A DNA stretch of 63,951 nt, counting the filler, from Chiloscyllium plagiosum (lineage: Eukaryota): the NCBI RefSeq assembly GCF_004010195.1. It is 4 parts of one record of this genome, joined end to end, with 100 filler letters (N's around TTAATTAATTAA, not from the genome) between each part and the next. Parts side by side here need not be neighbours in the genome. Positions count along the whole stretch, not along the records: positions 25,771 to 43,769 come from NC_057710.1; positions 43,870 to 56,953 come from NC_057710.1; 2 more parts are not named here. One strand, given 5' to 3'. Made by a program: the position numbers and the translations under genes. A model generated the notes under the pieces. The model saw only the letters and a list, made by a program, of their open reading frames with translations. It was not told the DNA's origin and did no database searches. Of the stretch, positions 35,485 to 49,439 are shown one piece after another. Each line of letters starts with the position of its first letter. Position 1 is the stretch's first letter.

Positions 35485-36540
35485 TGGTTGTCCAAATCAT
35501 GATTTCTGTAAGAAGGCAGCGAGTGGTGTTTGATGGAAAATATTCAGGCTGGAGTCCGGATACCAGTGGTGTGCCACACGGATCTATTTTGGGCCCACTG
35601 CTGTTTGTCATTTTTTATAAATGACTTGGACGCAGGCACAGGTGGATGAGTTAGTAAGTTTGCAGATGACACTAAAGTTGGTGGAGTGGTGAACAATGTG
35701 GAAGAATGTTGCAGGTTGCAGGGGGACTTGGATAATCTGCAGAATTGGGCTGAGAGGTGGCGAATGGAGTTCAATGCAGATAAATGTGAGGTGATTCACT
35801 TTGGGAAGAATAACAGGAAGGCAGAGTACTGGGTCAATGGAAAGATTCTTGGCAATGTGAATGTGCAGAGAGATCTTAATGTCCATGTATGTAGATCCCT
35901 GAAAGTTGCCACCCAGGTTGATAGTGTTAAGAAGGTATATGGTGTGTTAGCTTTTATTGGTAGACGGATTGAGTTCCGGAGCCGTGATGTTATACTGCAA
36001 CTGTACAAAACGCCAGTACGGTCTCATTTGGAATATTGTGTACAGTTTGGTCACCCCATTACAGGAAGGATGTGGAAGCATTGGAAAAGGTGCAGAGGAG
36101 ATTTACAAAGATGTTGCCTGGTCCGGAGGGAAGGTCTTATGAGGATAGTCTGAGGGACTTGGGTGTGTTTTCATTGGAGAGAAGAAAGCTAAGAGGGGAT
36201 TTAATATAAGATGATCAGAGGATTAAGGTGGACAGTGAGAGTCTTTTTTCCCAGGATGATGATGTCGGTTAGTATGTGGGGATATAGCAGCAAATTGAGG
36301 AGTGATAGATTTAAGACAGATTTCAGAGGCAGGTTCTTCACTCAGAGAGTGGTAAGGGCGTGGAATGCCCTGCCTGCCAATGTAGTTAACTCAGCCACAT
36401 TAGGGGCATTGAAACAGTACTTGGATAAGCACATGGATGATGATGGGATAGTGTAGGGGGATGGGCTTAGATTAGTTCACAGGTCAGTGCAACATCAAGA
36501 ACCGAAGGGCTTGTTCTGTGCTATATTGTTCTATGTCCTA
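35485..36540 (+). mobile_element. CR1 LINE RT 3' portion
   Basis: SGVPHGSILGPLLF, KFADDTK, WAERWRMEFNADKCEVIHFG, RFFTQRVV. Confidence 0.93.
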
Positions 36541-36609
36541 TCCCAACTTAATGATGCTGTTCCAAATACTTGCAACAATTCTCATAAACATCCTTGGCAA
36601 AAAAAAGGT

Positions 36610-39545
36610 TAAATCACACACAGGGCCTTACAGGAGAGATATTGGAGAGCGAGATGGCAGAGAGATTCAGTATGGAACACCTTCTTCCATGTAGCTGTTT
36701 CTTTGACCAGCACCCTCAAAACCTGACTGACTGCTTTCTTTTGTTACAACACGGGGTAAACCCTCCTGCTTAATGTAAACCAGCAACACAGAAACGATTT
36801 ATCCCATGCAGTCATCTGTGAAAATTCCAGAGGCCAAGAGCTATTTAAAGTAAACATTAATAACTTTATTTCTTAAGGTCCAACAGAAAATAATTTACTA
36901 ACAACTATTTACAACTCCTTTCTATAAGCCATCTTTACTTTCCCCTCTACAATACTCATCCAATAAAACCCCCTGATTAAGATTTACCAAAAATTCAAGT
37001 TTCAAAAACTAGCCAGATGGTGAATCTTCTCTTCCTCTGTCTTCTTTTCTTCTTAGGGATTTCTGTTTTGCAGGTCACTGATCAATAAAGGTACCTTTAA
37101 GAGAGCTATTCTCCAGGCAGTCTGCAGATCCTGATGGCTTGGCAGTTCTCTTCCCAACTGTTCAATGTTCCCTGGTCTTATACCCACAAAGCATTGGAGT
37201 GTGTCATTGGCTTTTAAGATTGTCAGTATATTAAATTCAAACTTGATTGGAGTTTGGTATTTTTTGGGGTATCATTTAAACTGCTTGACCCAATTTGAAT
37301 CAGTTTTGTCGTTTCCAGGCAACCAGCTACCCGAGCTTTCAACCAAGTGTTACATTGTTATCTTATTCAGAACACTTGGTGCTGTGTCAGGTAATTCTGC
37401 TAGCTTTTAACTCTCTTAAAGGTACAGTACACCCACATCTTCATTACACTTTGAGTAGCCAAACTGCTAAAACCAAACCAAACCAGAGAAAAGCTGAGCT
37501 GGGAGAACTGGCCACTCCCTTTCCATTGTACAGTGTTTTTTTTTAACTTGAAAGCCTTTTTCTGAGCAGTATCTGTTAGCTAGAATCAAGTTGACCCTAA
37601 AGCCCATCAAAACCAGACTTCCTGGAGTCTCTGCATTTACAACCCCTCTGAAAAAAAACAAGGACAACATAACCTTGTTAAAGGAGCAGCATCCGCACAG
37701 TACGCAAACAGTTTAACAGCCCCAATCAGGGAACTCAGATTCTATGAGGTCCACCTGGATGACTTCATTACAATCACTGCATCCCCCAAAGTCCAGAGAC
37801 GTAGGCCGGTTCTTTTCTTTGCAGCCGCTGCTGAGCCACTTTCACATGGGTCCAATTGCTCTAACTCAGCCTTAGGTATAGATGGCGTTTACCAGACCAT
37901 CACCCGCCCCTTGTGCCTGCGATCTCTCGGAAGAAATTCATCCTCATCCTCAGGCAGTAAAGGCATTGAAGCTGTGCCATCCGTCATTTCCATCTCAGAC
38001 TCAGAGGTTTCCTTGATGTTAGATGGGAGCGGAGATCCCATGTGTTTCAACAGCCTTTCTGAGGGGCTGGAAACACTTTGCTCTTGCCCCGTTCAGAAGT
38101 TTGTGGCTTTATTGTGGTCCATGTGCTTGTGCAGGATCACCTCACTCATTCAAACTTTGCATGTCATGGGACCTGACTTCAAGCCCACCATGCCTGTTAC
38201 CCATGCAGGGCCATTCCTATGGTTTCAGCATCATATATTGGTGCAAACCCTTATAGGTATTAATTGTAGCATACTTCTGGGAATCCTCATCTGACCGCAA
38301 TCACAAGTACTCAGCCTCCACACGCCCCTCCTACCTACACAACCACCAGCTTTCCATGTAAATCCTTTATGTGATTGATTGGGTATTTATCCAGATATAA
38401 GAAGCAGTTTACCATTTATTTCCACACAAAAGCGAACCGACATCAGGTTTCACAATCGGTACGACTGGTGCTGCCTATTCCACAACCTGTACCAGTTTGA
38501 TGATTCCTTCACTTTCCCAGCCTCTTCATTTCTGCCTCCACTTTTGCCCATAAGGCAAATGGCACTGGGCAGACCTTGCAGAATCATGGCATTGTTTCTG
38601 GTCAACATGCAAGGCTCCTTAGAAAGTCCTTCGACCTTGCTGATAAATTACCAGGTATTTAATTAGGACTAGAAGCAGGCAGCCATTTTCTAATCAAGAA
38701 ACATTTCTTCCCAGCAAGTTTGGGTCTGAGCCCTTTACTATAAGCATGGGAACTGAACCAGATGCTTCTCATAAGAGATATAACCTTAATCTGGAAAGAT
38801 CCCTCAGTATAGATTCGCAGTCTCGCCAAGGTCTTACGTAAACTTCAGGTATGGAGTCCGGAGCGAATTTGGTTCAAGACTGGTTCTGTAATCAATGATA
38901 CGGCTGTGCTGCTATCAAACTCCATTAGAACCAGGTGCCCATTTAACCAAGCATTTGATTGGATTGGTTCTGATTTGGATATAGCTAAGCAATTTAATTG
39001 TTCCAAACCAGATGTTGGTGGGCTTTCCAAGGTGTGCAATCTCCTGGATACCAGCATATTCTCTTACTCAATTCAGACCCAGTAGGACTCTTTTGCTATT
39101 TCAAGGCTGCATTCCAGCAACAACTACGATGACTTGCCATCCCTGTTCCTGAAGAAAATGTTAACAGTTTGGCCAAGGCTTAGATTTGTTTTGGGGTTTT
39201 GCTGTGGGCTGACTTAGAGTCCTTCTGATCAGAATATGTCCTGAGTGAGGCTATGTAATTGTCCTCACTCAAGTGATGTCACAATCAGCCTGACAAGGGT
39301 ATCCATTTCCACTGGAATACCCTGTAACTCCCATGCTCCACTTGCTGCATTTTTCAATGATAAAGTCAGTTGTAGTGTCTGTTTGAAATCTATTTGGGCT
39401 TCAGCTAGTTGGTACTTTTGTATGGTTATGTCATTAATCCCACATACGAAACAATCTCTCAGCATCTCATTACAGGTTAAACTAAAGTCACATGCCTCTG
39501 CCAGTCGTCTTAACCTAATCAAAAATTCTGCCAGATTCTGGGTTA
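36610..39545 (-). mobile_element. Internally deleted Gypsy-type LTR retrotransposon (gag, protease, pol scraps, polypurine tract, 3' LTR)
   Basis: LRRLAEACDF...MLRDCFVCGIND..IQK (gag); WLNGHLVLMEFDSSTAVSLI (protease, catalytic DTG lost); GGGGGA polypurine tract next to a TG LTR start at 37781. Confidence 0.8.
36742..37448. mobile_element. Solo LTR with 4-bp TSD CTTT, inserted into the Gypsy LTR region
   Basis: TGTTA...TTACA termini; CTTT at 36738-36741 and 37449-37452; homologous to 52111-52836. Confidence 0.8.
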
Positions 39546-39719
39546 GCCAAGATGGAGGATGGGAAAAATATTGTGGTTGTAGGAGCTGCTCCTTTTCTGA
39601 AGTACTTTAGGCGTTGGAGGTGGTTTCCTCAAATTCCAGGAGCAGTAATTACTGTTTTATACGCTGTTGCATTGTTTTGAAACTCTGGGGGGGGGGGGGG
39701 GGGAAAGATGAAAAAAAAT

Positions 39720-42700
39720 GGCACTTTAAAAAAAGAGGAAGAGTGACAAATGCAGTTATCATATGGTCAGAGAAAGAAGCCCACACTGCTGTCTGACACA
39801 GCAGTGAATCTGCATAGCTACTGCCTTTCCTGTTTGAGGTCAATTATCTCTGAACATCGGAATGCGTCATAGAAAAGTTAACAAATAGTAAAATTCACAG
39901 CAGACCTTGGAGGAACCTGTGTGGGAGAGCTCACAGCACAGGCACAGATAAGTACATAGTTTTTAAGTGTAACCTTGCTGTAATGGTGAGTAGAGTGGGA
40001 TTTTTTTAATTATATGTTTTATTGAGATCTTTCTCTTGATTAAATTTTAAAAATACAAAAGTTAACCTGACGCTGTGTTTTTTTAGATCAGTAAGACTGT
40101 GCTATTTTCTGACTCTGTAGATTGTTAAGGTGTAATGATGGGTTTTAGTAGAGTGATGAGCTCTTCCTGGTGGATTTAAGGAGAGTTTCCATGTTATTGA
40201 TTATTATGTCTGTTGGAAGAATCTTTGGTTGCAAATCCTATCAGACCACATGGATCAGTTAGAGCGGCAGTTAGAGGCAATAAGGAATTTACAGGAGCGA
40301 GGGTGATGAATGGCATTTATAGTAAGGGAGAAAAATCACAAATACAGTCAGATAGCTGGGTTAACTTCAGGAAAGGTTGGAGAGGGAGGTAGGTAGTACA
40401 GAAGTCTCCTGTAGCTATTCCTATCTCAAACTAGAGTTATTGGAAAATGTAGGGGGTGAATGGACTCTCAGGGAAATGTAGCATGAACAGCCAAATCTCT
40501 TATACCAAGACAGGCTGTAATATAATGCAGGGTACATCTGGTTCAAGTGATTGATTGTGATAGGGGACTCTCTAGTCAGAGGCACAGATAGATGTTTCTG
40601 CGGCCAGCAGTGAAAATCAGAATGGTGTGTTGCCTCCCTGGTGCCAGGATCAAGGATGGCTCAGAGAGGGTGCAGAATGTTCTCAAAGGGGAGAGGGGCC
40701 AGCAGGAGGTCATTGTACAAATTAGAACTAATGACATAGGAAGAGAAAAGGATGAGATTCTGAAGGGAGAATATAGAGAGTTAGACAGGAATTTAAAAAG
40801 GAGGTCCTGGAGGGTAGTAAAATCTGGATTACTCCCAGTGCAATGAGCTAGTGAGGCAAGCAATAGGATAGAGCAGATGAATACATTACTGAGGAGCTGG
40901 TGTATGGGAGAAGAGTTCACATTTTTGGATCATTGGAATCTCTTCTGGGATAGAAGTGACATATACAAGAAAAACGGACTGCGCCTGAATTAGAAGGGGC
41001 CTAATATACTGGCAGCGAGATTTGCTAGAACTGCTCGGGAGGATTTAAACTAGTAAGGTGGAGTGCTGGGACCCAGGGAGATAGTGAGGAAAGAGATCAC
41101 TTTGAGACTGTACAGTTGGGAAAAGGAGCGAGTCAAACAGTCAGGCCAGGCAGGAACAAAGCAGAGAACAAGGTAGGACTGATAAATTAAACTGCATTTA
41201 TTTCAAAGCAAGAGGCCAAATAGGGAAGGTAGATAAACTCAGGACGTGGTTAGGAACATGAGACTGGGATATCATAGCAATTACAGAGACATGGCTCAGG
41301 GATGGGCAGGACTAGCAGCTTAATGTTCCAGGATACAAATGCTCTAGGAAGTATAGAAAGAGGGGCAAGAGAGGAGGCAGAGCGGTGTTTTTGGTAAGGG
41401 ATAACATTACAGCTGTACTGAGGGAGGATATTCCAGGGAATATGTCCAGGGAAGTTATTTCAATGGAACTGAGAAATACAAAAGAGATAATCACCTTATT
41501 GGGATTGTACTATAGACTCCTCAACAGTCAGCGGCAAATTGAGAAGCAAATTTGTAAGGAGATAATAGGGTGATAATGGTAGTGGATTTTAACTTTCCAA
41601 ACATAGACTGGGACAACCATGGTGTTAAGGTTTTAGATGGAGAAGAATTTGTTAAGTGTGTACAAGAAAATTTTCTGATTCAGTATGTGGATGTACCTAC
41701 CAAAGAAGGTGCAAAACATGACCGACTCTTGGGAAATAAGGCAGGACAGGTGACTGAAGCATCAATAGGGGAGCACTTTTGGGCCAGCAACCATAATTCT
41801 ATTAGTTTTAAAATAGTGATGGAAAAGGATAGACCAGATCTAAAAATTGAAGTTCTAAATTGAAGGAAGGCTAATTTTGACGGTATTAGGCAAGAACTTT
41901 CAAACGCTGATTGGAGGCAGATGTTCGCAAGTAAAGGGACAGCTGGAAAATGGGAAGCCTTCAGAAATGAAACAATTAGAGCCCAGAGACAGTATATTCC
42001 TGTTAGGGTGAAAGGCAAAGCTGATACGTGTAGGGATAGCTGGATGACTGAGAAATTGAGGTTTTGGTCAAGAAAAAGAAGGAAGCATATGCCAGGTATA
42101 GACAGCAGAGATTGACTGAATCCTTAGAAGAGTATAAAGGCAGTAGACGTTTATTTAGAGGCAAATCAGGAGGGCAAAAAGGGGACGTGAGATAGGTTTG
42201 GCAAATACGGTTGAAGAGAATCCAAAGGGATTTTATAAATACATTAAGGACCAAAGGGTAACTAGGGAGAGAATAGGGATCCTCAAAGATCAGCAAGGTA
42301 GCCTATGTATGGAACCGGAGGAAATGGGGAGACACTAAACAAGTATATTGCTTCAGTGTTTACTGTGGAGAAGGACAGGAAGATATTGGATGTGGGAAGT
42401 AGATGGTGACATCTTGAAAAATGTCCATATTACAGAAGAGGACGTGCTGGATGTCTTAAAAACATAGAGATGGATAAGTACCCAGGACCTAATCAGGTGT
42501 ACCCTCGAACACTGGGAAGCTAGAGAAGTGATTGCTGGGCCCCTGGCTGAGATATTTGTATCATCAATAGTCACAGGTGAGGTGCATAAGACTGGAGATT
42601 GGCTAACACGATGCCACTGTTTAAGGGTAGTAAGAAAAAGCCAGGGAACTATAGAGCAGTGAGCCTGACGTTGGCAAGTTTGTTGGAAGGAATCCTGAGG

Positions 42701-43486
42701 GACAGGATGTACATGTATTTGGAAAGGCAAGGACGGAATCGGGATAATCAACATGGCTTTGTGCTTGGGAAATCATGTCTCACAAACTTGATGGAGTTTT
42801 TTGAAAAAGTAACAAAAGAGGATTGATGAGGGCAGAATGGTAGATGTGATCTATATGGACTTCAGTAAGGCGTTCGGCAAGGTTCCTGTTGGTGGACTGC
42901 TTAGCAAGGTTAAATAACATGGAATACAGGATGAACTAGCCATTTGGATACAGAACTGGCTCGATGGTAGAAGACAGAGGGTGGTGATGGAGGGTTGTTT
43001 TTCAGACTGGAGGCCTGTGACCAGTGGTGTACGACAAGAATCGTTGCTGGGTCCACTGCTTTTTGTCATTTATATAAATGATTTGGATATAGAAATAGTA
43101 GGTATGGTAAGTAAATTTGCGGATGACACCAAAATTGGAGGTGTACTGGACAGTGAAGAAGGTTACCTCAGAGTACAACTGGATCTTGATCAGATGGGCC
43201 AATGGACTGAGGAGTGGTAGATGGAGTTTAATTTAGATAAATGTGAGGTGCTGCATTTTGGAAAGGCAAATCAGAGCAGAACTTATACAATTCGTGGTAA
43301 GGTCCTGGGGATTGTTGCTGAGGAGACCTTGGAGTGCAGGTTCAGTTCATTGAAAGTGGAGTCACAGGTAGATAGGATAGTGAAGGCATTTGGTGTGCTT
43401 TCCTTTATTGGTCATTGCATTGAGTATAGGAGTTGGGAGGCTATGTTGCAGCTAGACAGGACATTGGTTAGGCCAGTTTTGGAATA
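39720..43486 (+). mobile_element. Near full-length decayed CR1 LINE (5'UTR, ORF1 esterase, ORF2 endonuclease and RT)
   Basis: IGDSLVR, CCLPGARI, DFNFPNIDW, NQHGFVLGKSCLTNLMEFF, GPLLFVIYINDLD, KFADDTK in colinear order with many stops. Confidence 0.93.
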
Positions 43487-43769
43487 GAACATAGAACATA
43501 GAACAATACAGCACAGAACAGGCCCTTCTGCCCACGATGTTGTGCCGAACATTTGTCCTAGCTTAAGCGCCTATCCATGTACCTATCCAATTGCCTCTTA
43601 AAGGTCACCAATGATTCTGACTCTGCCACTCCCACAGGCAGCGCATTCCATGCCCCCACCACTCTCTAGGTAAAGAACCTACCCCTGACATCCCTCCTAT
43701 ACCTTCCACCCTTCACCTTAAATTTATGTCCCCTTGTAACACTCTGTTGTACCCGGGGAAAAAGTTTCT
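43485..43769 (-). mobile_element. CR1 LINE 3' end inserted antisense into the preceding LINE
   Basis: (TAGAACA)n tail, then GCACAGAACAGGCCC...GCATTCCATGC. Confidence 0.85.
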
Positions 43770-43869
43770 NNNNNNNNNNNNNNNNNNNNNNNNNNNNNNN
43801 NNNNNNNNNNNNNTTAATTAATTAANNNNNNNNNNNNNNNNNNNNNNNNNNNNNNNNNNNNNNNNNNNN

Positions 43870-44120
43870 GAAGGCGGCGGAAGAATTGTTCGATGTCACG
43901 CCGCATGTTGAACTCGTTAATCTGAGAGCGTAGGGGAATGAAGGTGAGGCCTCTGCTGAGGACTGATCTTTCATCCTCAGAGAGGGGTAGTTCTGGAGTG
44001 ATGGTGAAAACATGGCAGGGCTGGGAGCTAGCGGCATGGGGCGGAGTTGGGCGTGGTGACGGAGATCGGCATGGGGCGGAGTTGGGCGTGGTGACGGATA
44101 TATGCATGGGGGCGGGGTTA
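43870..44120 (-). mobile_element. Penelope ORF N-terminal fragment with a 35-bp tandem repeat (44032-44119)
   Basis: VFTITPELPLSEDERSVLSRGLTFIPL...RRDIEQFFRRL. Confidence 0.8.
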
Positions 44121-44499
44121 GACAAAGTTTGATAAAGTATTTTCTTGATTTATCTGCCACTGAAAATCTTTTTACTTTAATTTTTGGTTGCCTTCTATTT
44201 GATAAGTATGCACTGATTTCCTTTTAACTAGTAATTTGATTTTGTTTTATGAAGAACTGAAGTATACAGCTCCTGAGTGTTTAAAATTTCTTGTCAGTGC
44301 ATCTTGCCTGTGTTTTATAATATACACTAAAAGTGAAGTTTATAAAGAAATTGATCTCATGAGGTAAACAGATACAACAAGCAAAATATTATACATATGC
44401 TAGTTCATTTCTTATGATATGATGCTTTTGCCAGCAGCAATCTTTGTCTAAAGGTGTCAGCTATAGTCAATATTTGGTATATTTACAGTAGTTTTCTTA

Positions 44500-45680
44500 A
44501 CCTAAATAGAATAATGTCAGTCAAGTTCCTTGAAGATACAATAAACAGAGTTGATAAGGGAGATTCTGTAAATGTAGTGTATTTGAATTTCCAGGAGGTG
44601 TTCGATAAGTTTGCTGCATAAAAGGATTATTGCAAAAGTAGGAGCTCAGTGTTGGGAGTGGCGTATTAGAACGGATTGAGGATTGGTTAACATGACACAG
44701 TCTTCTCCAGGTTAGAGAGATGTAACTTGGACAGTGTCACCAAGGATCATTCCTAGGGCCTTAATTATTCACTATTTATATTAACGACTTAGAGGAGAGA
44801 GCACAGTGTGATACATCACAACTACCTCTTGCTGGAATAAGTAGGAGAGCATGTTGTGATAAGGACAGAAGGATTGTTGAGTGCCTGGGCAAAAACTTCA
44901 CCGCCTGTGATTGCATGTAGGAAATTGAGGTCATGCAGTTTAGTTGGAAAATCAAAAAGACAGATTGTTATCTAATTTGGAAGCAGACTCCAGTATACTT
45001 CAGCGCAGTGGCTTACAGATGTCCCGGTGTATGTAAAACAAAACAAAGTTAGTGTGCTGATACAGCAAGCAATTAAGACAGCAACATATTTTTTGGCCTT
45101 TATTGCTGGGTGTTTGGGTTTTAAAATAGGGAGGCTTTGGTACAATGGTGTTGGTGAGACTGGCACTGGTACCTGCAGCATGTTGTTTACAGTTTTGGTC
45201 TCCGTATTTAAGAAAGGATATCCTGGCTTTGGAAGCTGTTTAAAGATCACTAGGCTGATTCCTGGGCTGAAAGGGTTCAAGAAAAGTCAAACAGGTCAGG
45301 CCTTTATTCATTAGAGTTTGGAAGAATGAGGCTGATCTTATTGAAACATACCAGATTCTGAGGGGGCGTAAAGGGGTAGATGTTGAAAAGGTGTTTCCAT
45401 TCGTGAGTGAGTTTTGAGGTACAGTACATAGTTATACAATAAGGGAACAAACTCTTAAAATTGAGATGCAAAGAAATCTCTCTTCCCAGAGGGTTGTGAA
45501 TATTGAATTTTATGTTGCAATGCCCAGTCACTGAAAGTATTCGAAGAGGAGGTAGATAGATTTTTGAAATTATCAAGGGATTGAGAGCTATGTTGAACTG
45601 ACGTGAAAGAAGAGTTAAGGCATAGGGCAGATCAGCCATAATATTGTGGGGTGGCCAAATGACCTGTTTCTACTTATGTG
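44500..45680 (+). mobile_element. Old CR1 RT 3' fragment
   Basis: Decayed VYLNFQEVFDK, LGP.LFTIYINDL and FSQRVV motifs. Confidence 0.75.
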
Positions 45681-47229
45681 AGACGAAAAGCTTTGATTCT
45701 TGTCTTTTTTTTTAATGTTTAAGTCTGTACTACCAAGCAATTATTCATTATATAACTTTGTTTTAGTGATATCTAAGGAATGAGTATTTCAAAGTTCACT
45801 TACCTGAGATCTAGACACTGTGTACTTGTGTACAGAGAAGAGGGAATGAGGGAAGGTTTGCTCCAACAACAGAAAATCAATGGATACAAATAAGGATAAT
45901 ATTGCTGTATTCACTTTCTATGGATATACACTTTGACATTTGTCAACAGAAATGTGATTTGCTTTGGTGTTGCAAGCAAAGAAGAATTGATTTTTCTTCA
46001 ATTTCCTTGTGCCATTGAATTCCCTGGGTAAGAAGGTTGGTAGCTGCCTATTCAGGATTTGTGTTATCTAGCTTATTCGGTGGTAGATTGTGAAATATAA
46101 CTCTGTAAAATTATGTAAACTTACTTCAAAAAATGTTGGAGATACTAAGTGGGTCAGCAAGCAAATTGGTGGATTCCTATTACGAACAATAGATTCAAGG
46201 AATCTAGGAAAATGGGGAAAGTGGATTGTCGGTTAAAGTTCAGTCTTGACCTTATTGAATGGTGGAGAAGGTTAGCTGAAGGGGTCAGATTACCGAGCCC
46301 TGCTCCAATTTCTTATTTTTCATATTCAGTCAAAACGTGTGGTCAATCACCTTTCATTTGAACTGGACGGGTTAGAGATTTCACAGTTTGAGCAAGTAAA
46401 GAATCAGGAAGAAAAGGTTGGGGGGAGGGCGCAGGAGAGAGTTTTGCTGGCACAGGGCAGGTAACTGAGGTCAGATAGTCTGCCTAATTACAATGGAGAC
46501 AATTTCAAAAGAGAGTAAACGGGAGCTCAAAATCATTCTTGCAGACAGAACAGAGGTGTAAAGGTAACCCGCAGACAGAGACAATTCCCACTCTGGGGTT
46601 TGAACAAGACCTAAACAAGCTGCTGACTGGTTCAGTGGCTTTAGCAGGTTCCAGGCACAAGAACAAGGAGACTCTGATGATAATAACGGCTGTGTCTTGT
46701 TAAAATGCTTCCTGTTGGTTTCCTGACCAAAATGGCTGGCAGGTTGATGAGAAGCAGCTGCCGAGTTGATAAAGTCAGGTTGTTCAGAGGCCGTCAACAG
46801 GAACTTGTGGAACCAAGCCCAGTTACTATGAGGGCCTCGCCACAGGCAATGCACTGCAGTGCGAGTGAAAACCTGGGATAAGAGAAGCTCCAGTATTTCC
46901 TTCTGGCACCTAGAGGAAACTGTTGCCCCACTTGGTCTGTACAAATACATTTGTAAAGATGCATTTTCGTGATCCCTGCTGAACGTTAGTGCAGATCTGC
47001 CTACTGGCAAGAAAGTTTCATCGCTTCGGTGCCTCATTCCTCATACCCTGACGTCATCAGGACTGGAAGGATATAAGGATAGTGCAAGAAAATAGCAGAA
47101 GTAGGAGACCAGCCATGATCAGTTAAATATGGAGCAGGTTTGAGATATGGAATAATCTACTCCTGCTGCTGCTGCTATTTCCTGTGGTACACTCGTTGCA
47201 TTCTAGTCAAATGGAAAAAGCCCCGTTTA

Positions 47230-49150
47230 TGCCTATTTTAAGTTGACTGATTGGAAATCTTCTATCCATGACAATGTTATTCTCAACACCATGAGTTTTT
47301 GCTTTTCATAATAGCATGTGACATGGCATTTTAACATTGCCTTCCAGAAACCTAAATACAATATATCCACCGTTCCCCTTATCCAAAGCATACGGTGATA
47401 CTGCAAAGAACTCCAATCATTAAGTATGATTTCCCTTTCACAAAGCAACATTATTGATGACCTTGAATTTTTATAATTGCTGCTTTTTCTGACATCTTTC
47501 CAAGACCGATAAGTAGCCTGTAATTTCGTGCTTTGCCTTTCTCACAGTTAAAATAAAGGCATTAAATTCATTACTTTCCAATCTAATGAAAGTGTACTCA
47601 AATGAGAGAATTTGAGACTTAAAACTAACATATCATTTATCTCACCAACCACTTCCTTTTTAAGACTCTAGGAGCCAGAGCTCCTAGCCAAGCATTTACT
47701 CAAAGCCACTTCCCCAGTGATTGTAAGTTTTCTGTATTCCTCCCACCCTTCCAATTCATGATTTACAGCTATTTCTAGAATGTTAAACCATTAGATAAAG
47801 GAGCAGAATTAGGCCATTTGATCCATCATTCTGCTCCACCATTTGACTATGACTGATATATTTCCTCAACTCCATTCTCCTGCTTTCTTCCAACTTATCT
47901 TTAATTTGCTGCTTATTAAGAAGTCCCACAGATAATCAAGCACTGAAACAATGATTTAAATGTTATTGCATGTTGCAATCAAATTAAGACCCCCTCAAGA
48001 AAACAAGTGAAGCCTTACAACCCAACTTGGCAATTACCTGAGGAATGTGGCCAGGATTTCACCAATAGTGTCTGTCTCCACAAGTCTCCAGGGTTCAATC
48101 CTTGTGCAGTGCTATTCTTTGAAGTTCTGCTACTGACTTGTCCTGGTGTTTGATTTCTATGCAACTTTTTCTCTTTCAAGTTTGTAGTGGGGTGTTATTG
48201 ATGATTCAATAGATTCTTTCATTCCCAACATTGATTATTTCTTGGAGATCTCAAGTTTGTAGGTTGTCTTCTTATCAGAAGTAGCTTCCCTGCTCCTTGT
48301 TACATTCACGATTAGCTACCTGTTTAAAACCCAGCTCTTCCTGCAATTAACTGCTTTATTTCAAAATATTACTTCTGCATGCAGTCTTAAATACTCATTT
48401 GTCACAAGGCAGCAGATTATCAAGCAGTTATGATCTCTCTCTCCCAGGAAACAAATTGTTATGTTGTTTTTCACAGAGATGGTTAATTCCCGTGTTGCTT
48501 AAAACTTCTAATAACAGCTTTTTCTTGCCCTTTTCATCTCAAGAAACAGTTTATTCCAGAAATAGTTATTGTTGATTCTTTCAAGTATAACAGTTTATCT
48601 TTGATTCATTCAATCCATTAACAGTTATTAAAGTTGTTACATTTATATAGTCACATTCCTATAAACCCTTGATTCCCTTAATAATTAAAAACCTATCTAT
48701 CTCTGTCTTAAGTACGCTCAATGACTTGGTTTCCATAGCTTTTTGTGGCAATGCATTCCACAGATTAACCATTCTCTGACAGAAGACTATATCTCTTCTT
48801 GTGATGCAAAATATCTATTCAATTTTCTGCCATTTCCTTATTTTCAATTTTATTAATTCTCCAGACTCAGTCTGTGTATAGTAATGATTCTCACTTTGTT
48901 AAGTTTGCTTTTTAAATATCTAAAACTTTTATATTTCTAATTAGCTTTCTCTTGTACTCAAACCTTTCTCTAATCTTTAAATCATTCTTTGCTATTCTTT
49001 ATATTCTGTCCAGCCTTTGGACATGCACAATTATGTGCCTTTTCTTCAAGGTTGATACAATCTTTAACATTTTCCAAGTCAGTCACAGATGGTTGATTGT
49101 CCCTTGGCAATTTTTCTTTCTCATTAAAATGTATCTATAATGTGTGTTCT
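47230..49150 (-). mobile_element. Patchwork of old CR1 fragments with intervening unique sequence
   Basis: DILYLGFWKA motif (47233..47451) and degenerate 3' ends at about 47790-47900 and 48650-48800. Confidence 0.55.
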
Positions 49151-49439
49151 GGGCAAGACAAGAGATACTGCGAGTAAGACGGCATTAGAAAATTGAGACA
49201 AAATAATGTACTGGAGAAACACAGTCTGGTAGCATCTGTAGAGAGAAGACAATTAAGTAATATTTCGAGTCCAGTGACCATTTATAAAAACAACCATAAA
49301 TCAATTGTCATTCTCAATTTTACATTCTTCCCTTAGAGTATTGTAAAAACTGGAAGGTTTGGCAAGCTGTTTGCAGCATGTCAGACTGTTTGTTTATATG
49401 AACCTATTGCCATCAACTGGAGGAAGTCGAGATGGCTCA

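Noticed and set aside
39686..39703. G homopolymer as a G-quadruplex or regulatory site
   Set aside because: Simple homopolymer at an element junction; length unreliable and no supporting context
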